From: a virus
IMG/VR virus record: IMGVR_UViG_3300018875_000062
Location: 5,730 to 69,729 of that record
DNA length: 64,000 nucleotides
Strand: one strand, 5' to 3'
The notes beneath the pieces are model-generated. The model was given only the letters and a program-made list of their open reading frames with translations, had not been told where the DNA came from and made no database searches. Each line of letters begins with the position of its first letter. Within the stretch, counting starts at the first letter, position 1. Position numbers and translations under genes: made by a program. This document shows positions 10,002 through 19,487 of the stretch, piece after piece.

Positions 10002-11147
10002 TCAGAACTTTAAGCGAGTCTCCGCAGCCTCAAGAGCTTCAAGGAAACCGGCTGGATACCGCAACGAAGATCCCCGAGCGCGTTTAATAAAGCCGGATAA
10101 CGCTCTCAGCGATAGTTGATCCCACCCTGTATCTTCAAAATCTAAGAGAGACGGAGCAGGAGTTGCGAGCGGTCTTTCGGAAACATTGCGGCTCCAGCGC
10201 TTTCCGCGCTCCCCGAAACATGCGCTTGGCCAAGGTTCCCCTGCAGCCAGCTCCCTTGTCGAGCCCAAGGCAGATCCTGGAGATTTGATTCGTTCACCCA
10301 GCCACGTCGCTACTGGAGCTGAAACGGCGTTTCCAACCAATCGCCAGCGCATACGTGGCAAGCCCGCGTCTGCAGCAGGCTTAGTCCAATTAACCGGGAA
10401 GCCCTGCAACAGCTCTGCCGTTTCGATGGTCGGGCGTAAAACTCTACCATCTGGAAAAAGGACCGCTGGAGGGGAGGCAATTCCGATTGCGGATCCAGAC
10501 TTCAGAGGAGGAATAGCATCCCTTGTCAGGCCATTGCCTGATGAACCCTCTGTCCAATAGAAACCGATTGGAGCATCAAGGGATGGCGAGAGCTCTTCCG
10601 TAGATCCAGCATCATCAGCAAAAAGCACATCGCACGGATTTCCTTCCAACATGGCCAGGAAGAAGATCCTACGCCTACGCTGCGGAACCCCAAAGGCCCG
10701 GGAGTCCACTATACGATATGCCCAACGATACCCAAGCTTCTCAAGCTTAGTGACCAATTGTTGCATAGCTGCGCCTCGATCCAGATGCAGCATAAAGTAA
10801 ACATTCTCAATCAGTACCTTAGGGACCGTAGAATTCGCTAGCAGTGTGAATAAGTGCTCGACGGCAGACGATTTCTTGCCCGTCAAACCTGCCTTTGTTC
10901 CGGCCATAGATAAGTCCTGACAAGGAAACCCTGCAGTGACAAGATCTACATTGGGGAGTGAAACTAGCTCGCTAACGTCTCCAACGACCTTCGTTTCAGG
11001 GAAGTGGGCTCGTAGAACCGCCTGAGCAGCTGGATCATTGTCGGCAGCTAAAACAGCATGAAACCCTGCCTGCGCTAGGCCATGCTCTAGGCCTCCAGCT
11101 CCAGCAAAGAGGGCCGCTGTGTTCAGACATAAGTCAGAATGAGTCAT
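10002..11147 (-). CDS. DNA (cytosine-5) methyltransferase
   Basis: Motifs FAGAGG, GFPCQDLS, ENV, QRRRRIF, GNAV all intact. Confidence 0.95.
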   Translation of the reverse strand: MTHSDLCLNTAALFAGAGGLEHGLAQAGFHAVLAADNDPAAQAVLRAHFPETKVVGDVSELVSLPNVDLVTAGFPCQDLSMAGTKAGLTGKKSSAVEHLFTLLANSTVPKVLIENVYFMLHLDRGAAMQQLVTKLEKLGYRWAYRIVDSRAFGVPQRRRRIFFLAMLEGNPCDVLFADDAGSTEELSPSLDAPIGFYWTEGSSGNGLTRDAIPPLKSGSAIGIASPPAVLFPDGRVLRPTIETAELLQGFPVNWTKPAADAGLPRMRWRLVGNAVSAPVATWLGERIKSPGSALGSTRELAAGEPWPSACFGERGKRWSRNVSERPLATPAPSLLDFEDTGWDQLSLRALSGFIKRARGSSLRYPAGFLEALEAAETRLKF

Positions 11148-11162
11148 AAGGAATACAAATCA

Positions 11163-11858
11163 TTAGCTCGGCAAAGCAGAGAGCTTAGAGGTATAGTTCT
11201 GCAGCATATTGACACGTGTCGTCGCTTTATCTCCGTCCCAAAGTTGTTTGAGCTCGCTGATGTACGCCAAAATTCTACTCTCCTGAGCATTCCTCACCCG
11301 GGCGATATGCGTCCGGTTGTTCCCTGCCAACTGTACCGTTTGCCACTCTACTGGGTGTAATTCGGACAGGATCAAATCAAGACAGTCCGTTGGGAGGCAT
11401 ACATTTGACAACAACCTCGGTATTGGAAGATCGCACAAATTTTCTGATACTTGGAAATGAATCTGAGGGCCCCATTGATCAGAATTCTTGTAATCGAAAT
11501 GAAACGGCAACTCGTATCCATTCTTCTTAAGCCTTAGATGCGTGGATATACGATCTATCTCCCACATTGGAACTTTAGGCTTGGTACCCTCCTCCCGGAG
11601 AAACACACAATCGAAGGTGACCGACAGCTCTGTTTTAAGGTGCTTCCTGTTTGGCCCATCATAGTATTCTGAAGAGCGTATAATAATTTCTCTGTCCGTC
11701 GACCAGTGAAGTCGCGGAGTTCTCTCATCCACTTTGATTTGAAGATCCCGAAGCACATGAGTGAGTCGAAGAGTTGATGATTTATCAACGAAGTCTTCAG
11801 CAAGTTCGATAAAGGCCGCCATCTCGACGGTATATTTTTCAAGGTCAATTTTAGTCAT
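11163..11858 (-). CDS. Hypothetical protein (candidate effector)
   Basis: 231 aa ORF with 4-bp overlap to the receiver gene. FHFD...GP.IH.Q...IPR motif. Confidence 0.75.
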   Translation of the reverse strand: MTKIDLEKYTVEMAAFIELAEDFVDKSSTLRLTHVLRDLQIKVDERTPRLHWSTDREIIIRSSEYYDGPNRKHLKTELSVTFDCVFLREEGTKPKVPMWEIDRISTHLRLKKNGYELPFHFDYKNSDQWGPQIHFQVSENLCDLPIPRLLSNVCLPTDCLDLILSELHPVEWQTVQLAGNNRTHIARVRNAQESRILAYISELKQLWDGDKATTRVNMLQNYTSKLSALPS

Positions 11859-12994
11859 TGTTCACCGAGGATTTCAGCTTGATCCTCGAGGCGGACTTTA
11901 CGTGCGAGAGCCTTATCATTTTTCACAGCAGTGATAAGAACCCACGCTTCAGGGGCCTCTGGCGGGAAATGCTCGTCTGCAGCTCGAACACATTCCGCTG
12001 CATCGGCGATATTATCGGTCTCGACAAGGTCTGCATCTGATGTGACGACAGGGTCAGAGAACTTAAGCATTCTCAAACTTACAGGCACAACCAGCTCTTT
12101 TAGCGCAGCTTCACGCTCAGGTTTAGAACGCGGCAACTTAAGCCCAATCGAATCGATCCCTGCGCTCCACCACCTAGGACCTGCGAATTCTGCTAATGCA
12201 CCCGAATAAGCTACCTTAGTAAGTTCTTCCGCCAGCCTTGTTTTTTCAAGAAGAGCCTCTCTTAAGCATGCAAGCTCTATTCCAAGCCGAGCTGAGACAT
12301 GCCGATCATTTATGAGAAAGCTCGGGTAGGGAATGATTTGACGGATCAGCCATCCAATCACTTCTCTTGCAGCTCGCTCATTAGAGTCGGCAACCCATTG
12401 AGGTGGCCGATGATGATTTACATCGCGAACGGCGCTTGTGGCCCAGCTAGCATCATTAGGAACTTTTAGAGCAGTTTCCGCAAATACCCTAGCATAGTTT
12501 TCCCACTCAACATCACGGAGGTGCCCTGCAAGATTCATCAATGTCTTATACCCATCCGCAAGGGCAATCGCTTCAGGCAGCACGGCAGGGTCAGTTTTCT
12601 GTGCTAGCCACTCTACACCAAGTTGCTCAGCGAGTACGTGGCGACGATTAGCATTTACAGCCTGTCCCAAGGCCGTCTCAAGATGATTGCTGACAACCAT
12701 GGCAGGAGGCCGAGCATTCCCAATAACTAGTCGAAATTGCTGGAAAACACTTAGTCCGTTTGCAGCAACTCCACCTGACGAAAGATCAGGAGCAACCCTC
12801 TGTGCATCATCATTAAAAAAGTCAAAGATCCATAGGTTCGCATGTTGTGCGCCAGCCTTTGCTTGCTCCTGTTTGTCCTTGATGTCTGCTGGTGTGAAAT
12901 CACAGAAGCGATCGCGGAGTCCGAGCTCTTCGGCCGGACCAAGAAGATCATCCGGTTCATCATCAACGAAAAAAATATCGGGACTGCTCGACAT
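11855..12994 (-). CDS. Response-regulator receiver domain protein with unknown C-terminal domain
   Basis: IFFVDDE acidic pocket, LWIFD putative phospho-Asp, MVVS, AQK conserved Lys. Starts 3 bp after the kinase stop. Confidence 0.75.
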   Translation of the reverse strand: MSSSPDIFFVDDEPDDLLGPAEELGLRDRFCDFTPADIKDKQEQAKAGAQHANLWIFDFFNDDAQRVAPDLSSGGVAANGLSVFQQFRLVIGNARPPAMVVSNHLETALGQAVNANRRHVLAEQLGVEWLAQKTDPAVLPEAIALADGYKTLMNLAGHLRDVEWENYARVFAETALKVPNDASWATSAVRDVNHHRPPQWVADSNERAAREVIGWLIRQIIPYPSFLINDRHVSARLGIELACLREALLEKTRLAEELTKVAYSGALAEFAGPRWWSAGIDSIGLKLPRSKPEREAALKELVVPVSLRMLKFSDPVVTSDADLVETDNIADAAECVRAADEHFPPEAPEAWVLITAVKNDKALARKVRLEDQAEILGEQ

Positions 12995-12997
12995 GAC

Positions 12998-15304
12998 TTA
13001 CCTACGTGGAATTGAAAACTCGATGGCCGTGGCAAAACCATTGGAAGGCACCACAAAATTGATAATCCCCCCATACTCCTGAACGAAGGCACGTGTGATC
13101 GTCAGTCCCATACCCATACCCTGACCGAGGATAGCGTCAGGACGTTCAGTAGTGGATTGGAATGCTTCGAACAGCCGCCTCGAACTCCTCAAATCGACCG
13201 CTGTTCCAGTATTCTCCATTCTAACAACCATCGACTCTGAGTTCTCTCGCGCATTTACACGAATTCGGCCGCCCTCATCAGTAAATTTCACTGCATTGGA
13301 AAGTAGATTTGTGAAGACGCCAGACAGTTCGGCGGGGAACATAGGCGGTGTTCGCAAGTCGCTTGGTATGGCATTCTCAAGGGTAATCTTCTTTTGCTCA
13401 ATCCTTGTTTGGAAGAAGGGCACAACGGTATCGAAGCGCTCATGGAGAGGTTGGCGTGTGCGCCGTCTACGACCTTGAAAGCTAGTCGCATCAACTAGGT
13501 ATGTGGCGTTTCGTTTAATGCGCTCTGCAAGGTCAAGGGCTGTAAGACGAGCCCGACGGATGCTAGCTTTAGTACTCGTATTGTTTCCAGATAGCGCCTC
13601 ATCCAGATCAGCAACAATTCTTCCGGCCTGAAGAGCTGTGGCGTTTATCTCATGTACGAAGGCAGCGAGCTCCGTACCAAGACTCGCCAAAACACGCCAC
13701 ATGACAGCTTCGCTGCCAAATTGATCCGACAGGCTGCGAACATCTTCGAAGTGAGGCTGAGCTTGCGCTACCGCTTTTGCAGCCTCTTCGTAGTTATTCT
13801 TTTCCAACGCGTTCTGGACGATTTCTAGCTGCCTCTGGGCTGCAAGTGCACTCTCTCGTACTCGAACAGCGGCAGGTGTCTCGCTAACATCGGCTCTCTG
13901 TGCCGCTCTCTTCTGCTTTTCGCGCTCTAGAGCAGTGATTTCGCGCACTTCCTGCCGTGCAGCATATCCAAGACGTACGATCAAGTCCGTAGCAACCCGG
14001 GTCCATTTGATGATAAAATCGAGCCCCTCACCCGGCAGGAAGCCTTCTCGATTAACCAACATACTGAGTTCTGGTGACGACGTACGATGCAAGAACACGC
14101 CACCCATATAAGCGCCGTTACCTTGGACGACTAACTCTTCCCCATCTGCCCCAGGGGGTAAATTTGCATCGGAGAGGCTACTCAAGCTAGTGAGTTGGCG
14201 CTTCGCACGGGATCTATAGGTTCGATCAAGACCAAGCCAATCATCATAGGGATCTCCATATGGTGGAACCCGGAAACCCTCCATAAATAACCGTATTCCT
14301 TGAACAGCAGGATCCCAGACCTTTCCAGATTGTTGAAGAATTCTCGCCCGGAAGGACGGACCAGCAGAAGAGCCTAAATTGCTCTTATAGCGATACCCTT
14401 CGGCTGTCGGTGCGCGCTCACGACCTTTCTTCGTCGGCAAAACGACTATTTGCAGCAGACCGCTGTTTCTGTCGTACTCTATTTCAGCAATCCAGTTCGC
14501 AGCCTGTGCTACATCGGGCGTCATAAGATCCGGAACTGCCAGATCTCCACCAAAGTCGATCCTGAAACCGGGATCAGACGACATCTGGTCCCTGATTGGA
14601 ACTGTCTCAAAAAGCAATGGTTCTGAAACGAGCCAATCCGGGAGCTTTTGCCAGAGCACAGGTGTGGGAGAGAGAGTGACAGCCTCCTTTAAGAAGGCAT
14701 TCTTCATCCTCTCATTCCATACTTTACGCAGGGGGAATAGTGTAAGCGTAGTGCCGCTCGACGTGCCCTTCTTTAATGACAGTTCTTGTAAACTGACAGC
14801 TCCAGAAGTCGGGATTTGGTCGAAAGTTTCGAGCCGCTCAATTTCTGCCCAGTTGATCGCAGCTTTGAAGGCAGAGACAGCGGGGGGCAGTTCGCGCGCC
14901 CCCCGAGGCGCGTCACCTGCCTTGCGAGATGACACCTCGACTTTCGTTGCCAACTTGTGTGCGGCAAGGCGGCCAACACCTTTCTCGCCGGTGAAGCGAC
15001 GTCCAAAAACAGCAGATCGACGGTCTTTCGTCAGTTTTGAGCGTCCGGCTATCCGGAGAAAGCCATTCTCGAACTCTCCAGCGGACATCCCCAAGCCGTC
15101 ATCTTTGACAATGATTCGACCTCTCAAGGGATCGTTTAGATATTCGCCAAGAACAACTACTTCCGTTGCGTCTGCATCGTAAGCATTCTTGATGAGCTCT
15201 ACTAATGCTGTTGATTCTTTGGCAACCAGAAGCTCACCAAGTTCATGAAATAACTTAGTGTCCACTGTAAATGTAGGTGGCTTTGACTTCTTAGGCTGAT
15301 CCAT
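12998..15304 (-). CDS. MORC-like GHKL ATPase fused to histidine kinase
   Basis: N-term ELIKNAYDADA, DDGLGM, GEKGVGRLA. C-term H-box FVHEIN, N-box NLLSNAVKF, F-box LFEAF, G2 GMGMGL. Confidence 0.88.
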   Translation of the reverse strand: MDQPKKSKPPTFTVDTKLFHELGELLVAKESTALVELIKNAYDADATEVVVLGEYLNDPLRGRIIVKDDGLGMSAGEFENGFLRIAGRSKLTKDRRSAVFGRRFTGEKGVGRLAAHKLATKVEVSSRKAGDAPRGARELPPAVSAFKAAINWAEIERLETFDQIPTSGAVSLQELSLKKGTSSGTTLTLFPLRKVWNERMKNAFLKEAVTLSPTPVLWQKLPDWLVSEPLLFETVPIRDQMSSDPGFRIDFGGDLAVPDLMTPDVAQAANWIAEIEYDRNSGLLQIVVLPTKKGRERAPTAEGYRYKSNLGSSAGPSFRARILQQSGKVWDPAVQGIRLFMEGFRVPPYGDPYDDWLGLDRTYRSRAKRQLTSLSSLSDANLPPGADGEELVVQGNGAYMGGVFLHRTSSPELSMLVNREGFLPGEGLDFIIKWTRVATDLIVRLGYAARQEVREITALEREKQKRAAQRADVSETPAAVRVRESALAAQRQLEIVQNALEKNNYEEAAKAVAQAQPHFEDVRSLSDQFGSEAVMWRVLASLGTELAAFVHEINATALQAGRIVADLDEALSGNNTSTKASIRRARLTALDLAERIKRNATYLVDATSFQGRRRRTRQPLHERFDTVVPFFQTRIEQKKITLENAIPSDLRTPPMFPAELSGVFTNLLSNAVKFTDEGGRIRVNARENSESMVVRMENTGTAVDLRSSRRLFEAFQSTTERPDAILGQGMGMGLTITRAFVQEYGGIINFVVPSNGFATAIEFSIPRR

Positions 15305-15566
15305 TTTTCTTATATTAAGGATTCTGGAGAAAATAGGGAGTGGCCAGCATAGGAGGCCCATACAGTTGTGGCATGGGCGCTCCTACCTAATAATCCTTGC
15401 TCACCGCGCTTACGAGGCAGCATTGCGTTAACCTCGAAATCCCTCAATTGAGCCTCATAAGACGTGGACAGTTGCACCTCGGGAGCACCCAGGGTACGCC
15501 CGTGTGCTAACATAGCAGCCATAACAACTACTCCGCGAGTAGGAAATCTGACATAGGTTAACGACG

Positions 15567-17081
15567 GTGCATCAGGCTATTGATGAACTTCATGCGAGGT
15601 GCTCCGTCTATACGTCAGAGGCCGCATCAAGCCGGCTTCTTGACCTGATTGGTTGGACTGCAAGCCGTGATTTGGCTTCGGCTTGCCTCTTAGAACCCTG
15701 TGTTGGCGAAGGGGCGATTCTTCTCGAAGCGATACAACGGCTGCTTAAGAGCTTCAAAAAATACGGAACTTCCCTTTCTAAAAAGAATCTTGAAGGCCGG
15801 ATCCGAGGTTTCGAGCTCCATTCGAGGACAGCAGAAATTGCACGAGCTAGGGTGGTCGAGGCCCTAGAGATAGCGGGAATCAAACCTGCAGTTGCTGCGA
15901 AGTTAGGGGAGGCGTGGATCCGAACAGGCGACTTCCTTTTGCACTCTGTAGGCAATGCAACCCACATAGCCGCTAACCCTCCGTATGTGCGGTGGTCTCG
16001 AGTTCCTGCCGCCTTGGCAATGCAGTATCGTCGAAGCCTCGTGCCTGAAGTCACTCGAGGGGATTTGTCCGTAGCCTTTCTAGACAGGATGCTCGATTGG
16101 GCAGGACAAAACGGTGTCGTGTCGGCCCTGGTGAGCGACAGGTGGATGTATGCTCAGTATGGCGATGTTTTCCGGGAACGTTTGGCGCAACGCGGATGGG
16201 AAGTGGAATTAATTGACGAGCGCCCTGCCGACGCATTCGTTCGGAAGGTTGGCGCCTATGCAGCCATTGTCCGTCTATCAAGATCGAAGCCGAAGAAGCT
16301 CGCTAAGACTGCTACCCCAAGCTCCAGAATAGCTTCTCAACATCTGTACGAGAAATTGCTGGAAAGACATGGCGATCTGGCATCTGCCGGCTGCGTAGTT
16401 CGGGTCGGGCCGGCCCTAGGATGCGGCCGGACCTTCATCGTGGATCCTCGAACTGCAGAGGGCATCGAGCCTGAACTTCTCCGGCCGTACGTTGGTCGGG
16501 AAGACGTCGATGGCACTCAGGCTTATCCGGGAGAGTTTCAGGTTGTTGCGCCGTTTGATAAGGACGGGCAACTTGTTCGGCTCGAGGACTGGCCGCGCTT
16601 CAAGGCTTGGGCGGCAAAGCACAAGCAAAACTTACAGAAGAGACAGTTTGTCCAGGAGGGTGCTCCTTGGTGGCGAACCATCGATACAATCGGTCCGCAG
16701 TGGCTTGAACGTCCCAAGCTGCTGATTCCTGAGCTGTGCAAGGAGCCCATGGCTGCCCTAGACAGAACGCCAAGCATTCCTGCTCACTCCTTGTACGCAA
16801 TTTGGTCTAGCGATTGGCCAATCAAACCCTTGCAACGCGTTCTCAATGCAGGGTTGCTAAAGCTGACGGCAGAGGCGCAGGCTCCAATGCTTCAGAAGGG
16901 TTGGTATCGCTTCTACAAGCGCTTCATACTGCGGACACCCCTGCCCTCCTGGCAGAAACTCACCGAAGCTCAGCGGAGTGGATTATCTAGTAGGTCTAAC
17001 AGCGAGTTCATCGCTACTTTCGTCGCGCTTTTTGGTGAAGAAGCCCGGACCATGACCTGCCGGGGTCAACAGCAGGATTAA
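15567..17081 (+). CDS. Adenine-specific DNA methyltransferase, Eco57I/TaqI-like (PaeR7I/XhoI-like), apparently orphan
   Basis: LEPCVGEGAIL, GDFL, ANPPYVR, DRWM...YG. C-term KLLIP..P.HSLY.I.S..W...LQ.VL. Confidence 0.85.
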   Translation: MHQAIDELHARCSVYTSEAASSRLLDLIGWTASRDLASACLLEPCVGEGAILLEAIQRLLKSFKKYGTSLSKKNLEGRIRGFELHSRTAEIARARVVEALEIAGIKPAVAAKLGEAWIRTGDFLLHSVGNATHIAANPPYVRWSRVPAALAMQYRRSLVPEVTRGDLSVAFLDRMLDWAGQNGVVSALVSDRWMYAQYGDVFRERLAQRGWEVELIDERPADAFVRKVGAYAAIVRLSRSKPKKLAKTATPSSRIASQHLYEKLLERHGDLASAGCVVRVGPALGCGRTFIVDPRTAEGIEPELLRPYVGREDVDGTQAYPGEFQVVAPFDKDGQLVRLEDWPRFKAWAAKHKQNLQKRQFVQEGAPWWRTIDTIGPQWLERPKLLIPELCKEPMAALDRTPSIPAHSLYAIWSSDWPIKPLQRVLNAGLLKLTAEAQAPMLQKGWYRFYKRFILRTPLPSWQKLTEAQRSGLSSRSNSEFIATFVALFGEEARTMTCRGQQQD

Positions 17082-17290
17082 TCAGGCTCTTGCCAATCCA
17101 ACGGATGTGTGAACTGGTGCGGCTCTCCCTGCACTAAGGCTACAGCAAGCGGGCACAACTATTAGGACTGCCTCGATAGGTCGTGCCGAGATCGCCTGCC
17201 AGTTTTCTTGACGACAGTCTCCCTCAACGAAATCCGGCTTGGCGAAAGCGCCGCTGTGACAATTGGTAGCTTGCGAAGGGCACCGAGCTT

Positions 17291-18753
17291 TCAGGCAAGC
17301 CGCGTCTCGTCCCGATGGCGCTCGTCCGTCTCGCTGACTCCGCCGTGGCCCATGATGTCCTGGCGCCATTCGAGCACGACTTTCGCATCGATCAGGGCGT
17401 CGTTCCCAAGGTGCCGGATCGAGTGAAACGTCTTCCCTTCCCCGCTCTCGGCCGGAAGTGCCCTTGCCAGGGCTGGCACCCAATCGTCGTGGAGCTGGTC
17501 TCCCAAGGGAGCATTGCCGCTTGCTGGGAGCAGGTCCGGGAATAGGAGGTCGTAACCGAGCTGGTGAACGGCCCCGACGTATTCGCGCAGGCCAAGGCGC
17601 AGCAGCTCGGGATGGATCGGGAGCTTGCGCTTCGACTGAGGATTCTTGAGACGGCGATATTTGTTCGGACGCACCTCGAAATACGGAATCGCTCCCTCGA
17701 AGTGGACGTCCGCGATCATGAGCCCGCAGATCTCCTCCCGGCGCATCAGCAAATAGGCGGCAATCAGGGGAGCCCAGTACAGGCCATCGTGAACGACCAC
17801 CGTCCCCGGCTTGAGCCTTGCCCCCTCCCCGCGGCAGCCGCGCCAGACCGGCAGGTCAAAGACCGTCGTTAGATCCGCCGCCGTGAAGGCGGCCCGGTCG
17901 TCACGGTCCCGCCCCTTCTTTCGGGCTCGCAGCGTCGTCAGGTTGAGCGCCTCCGCAGGCCGAAGGCCGCGCTGGGCTTCGGGCAGCTTCTTCGCCGCCA
18001 CGAGCACTTCCTTGAGCGGACGGCTCGCGTCACGGGACGATTTTCCGTAGCTCCTCGGCAGGGTGAGAAGGGTGTCCACATAGGCAGCCACATCGGCCTG
18101 CCTGAGCCGGGTCAGGTCGTCGTACCCAACGACCTTCACCAGCAGACCGGCGGTCTGGCGCATCTGGCGGCAGGTTTTGTCGGTCCACTCTCTGAGCTGG
18201 AGCTTGGTCGCACAGCTTCTCGGCCAAGTCAGCGACGCCGGCCTGCACGGCGGCTTCCTGCGCCGGCTTTGGGGGATGACGCCCTTTCGGCGATAGAATC
18301 CAGAATGGTCTGGACCTCACCCGCCTCGGAAGGGTCGAGCCCACAGGAGCGCAGCCAGTCGGGATCGAGGGGGCCAGCAGCGACCCGTCCGCGCTCGGCG
18401 AGAAGGCGATAGACTGCGCCGCTGATCCGGTCCACGTGCTCTCCGCTCATGGGCTCAGGGGTCTTGAGCGTTCGATCGACCGTGGCGACGAGCTCGAGCA
18501 TCGCGGCATGGCGGCGGGCAACAGTGATGAGGATCGCCCTCGCCTCGTCCGGGGCTAGGCGGCCGCGCTGCATCTCGTCGAATACGACCTCGCTCATCGC
18601 GGTCAGCTCCGCTCCGATCCGGCGTGCCTCGGTCCAGTGGGGCAACTGCAGGCTGATCTGCAGAACCCGCCGTCCGTTCGCGCCACAAGCCGGGAGCCGG
18701 CGCCGCCAGCAATATACCGCACCGCGACGCATAAGATGAGAGCCGACCGGCAT
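17291..18753 (-). pseudogene. Degenerate DUF6538-type tyrosine integrase (split into 18229-18753 and 17291-18163)
   Basis: N-term HLMRRGAVYCWRRRLP...ISL. Catalytic part MRREE, LKNPQS, FHSIRH, MGH. Reading frame broken and expected Tyr reads His (ERH). Confidence 0.8.
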
Positions 18754-18836
18754 GTGTGACAGGGATGTGCAGCAGTGCGGAGCGCTTCGCCCAAAATCGC
18801 GATAAAAGCTTTCGGTTTCAGGAACTTAGCATGGGA

Positions 18837-18883
18837 TGGCTGGGGCGCCAGGATTTGAACCTGGGAATGGCGGCACCAAAAAC
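18837..18883 (-). tRNA. 3' half of tRNA-Gln(TTG), att-site remnant, not a complete gene
   Basis: Minus strand GTTTTTGGTGCCGCCATTCCCAGGTTCAAATCCTGGCGCCCCAGCCA: anticodon loop TTG, T-loop, CCA end. No 5' half upstream. Confidence 0.8.
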
Positions 18884-19063
18884 TGATAGCGCGATCGATA
18901 CCATGCAGTACGCGGCCACGGTTTGGGAGGAGTGCACCTCTTTGAGTAGGCAGGGTGCCGTGGTTTTAAAGCCAAGCCAGCGGTGAAGGTGGGGAACGAG
19001 GCAGGGAAGGCCTTGGACGCCAGCAAAATACCTTAACGAATTCAATAGCTTACAGGAAGATGG

Positions 19064-19077
19064 TGGCGGAGACGGAG
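19064..19077 (-). other. Putative prophage att core (tRNA-Ser-like 3' end CTCCGTCTCCGCCA)
   Basis: TGGCGGAGACGGAG at the island/prophage junction, at the opposite end from the integrase. Confidence 0.6.
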
Positions 19078-19187
19078 TCCGCCAAGCGTCTGATTTGCCC
19101 TAGCAACTTTCCTTAATTTGCAAGGCTTTCAGAGACATTCGGCGGCGTCCGTGTTGGACGTTACGTTGGACGTTTTTGGAGGGGCAT

Positions 19188-19487
19188 ATGAGCGGAGTTC
19201 CGAAGCAGGACGTTGCCGAGCTGGCGGCGGCTATCGCCGAGTTTCAAGAGAAGTTACCGGGATGGTGGTGGTCGGTCGGTACGTGCAGTGTCAGCCGGGA
19301 CGCATCCTGTGGGCCAGACATCAAAGGGCCGGATGCTCATCTTCTGGCGATCCCGCCATTCCATGAACCGTTCGACTGTGACGACCGTGAGGGCACGGCA
19401 GCCGAAAGCTTGCGCTGGGTGATGAACGAGGCCCTGAAGGCGAAGGCCGCCCTTCCCGCCCCTCTCACGGCTTGGAGGACGGTATAG
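19188..19487 (+). CDS. Hypothetical phage protein
   Basis: GGAGG RBS before ATG 19188. Abuts next ORF. Confidence 0.6.
   Translation: MSGVPKQDVAELAAAIAEFQEKLPGWWWSVGTCSVSRDASCGPDIKGPDAHLLAIPPFHEPFDCDDREGTAAESLRWVMNEALKAKAALPAPLTAWRTV

Larger units (their letters stand above)
516..18883. mobile_element. Defence genomic island with degenerate integrase next to a tRNA-Gln 3' fragment (left boundary uncertain, possibly outside window)
   Basis: Cluster of RM/defence-type genes, broken tyrosine recombinase at 17291-18753, tRNA 3' half at 18837-18883. Confidence 0.8.

Noticed and set aside
15310-15522. Controller (C) protein between the divergent RM genes
   Set aside because: The 70-aa ORF has no HTH signature. 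More likely a divergent promoter region
18837-18910. Complete tRNA-Gln gene
   Set aside because: Only the anticodon loop to CCA is present. Upstream sequence cannot form the D-arm or acceptor 5' strand
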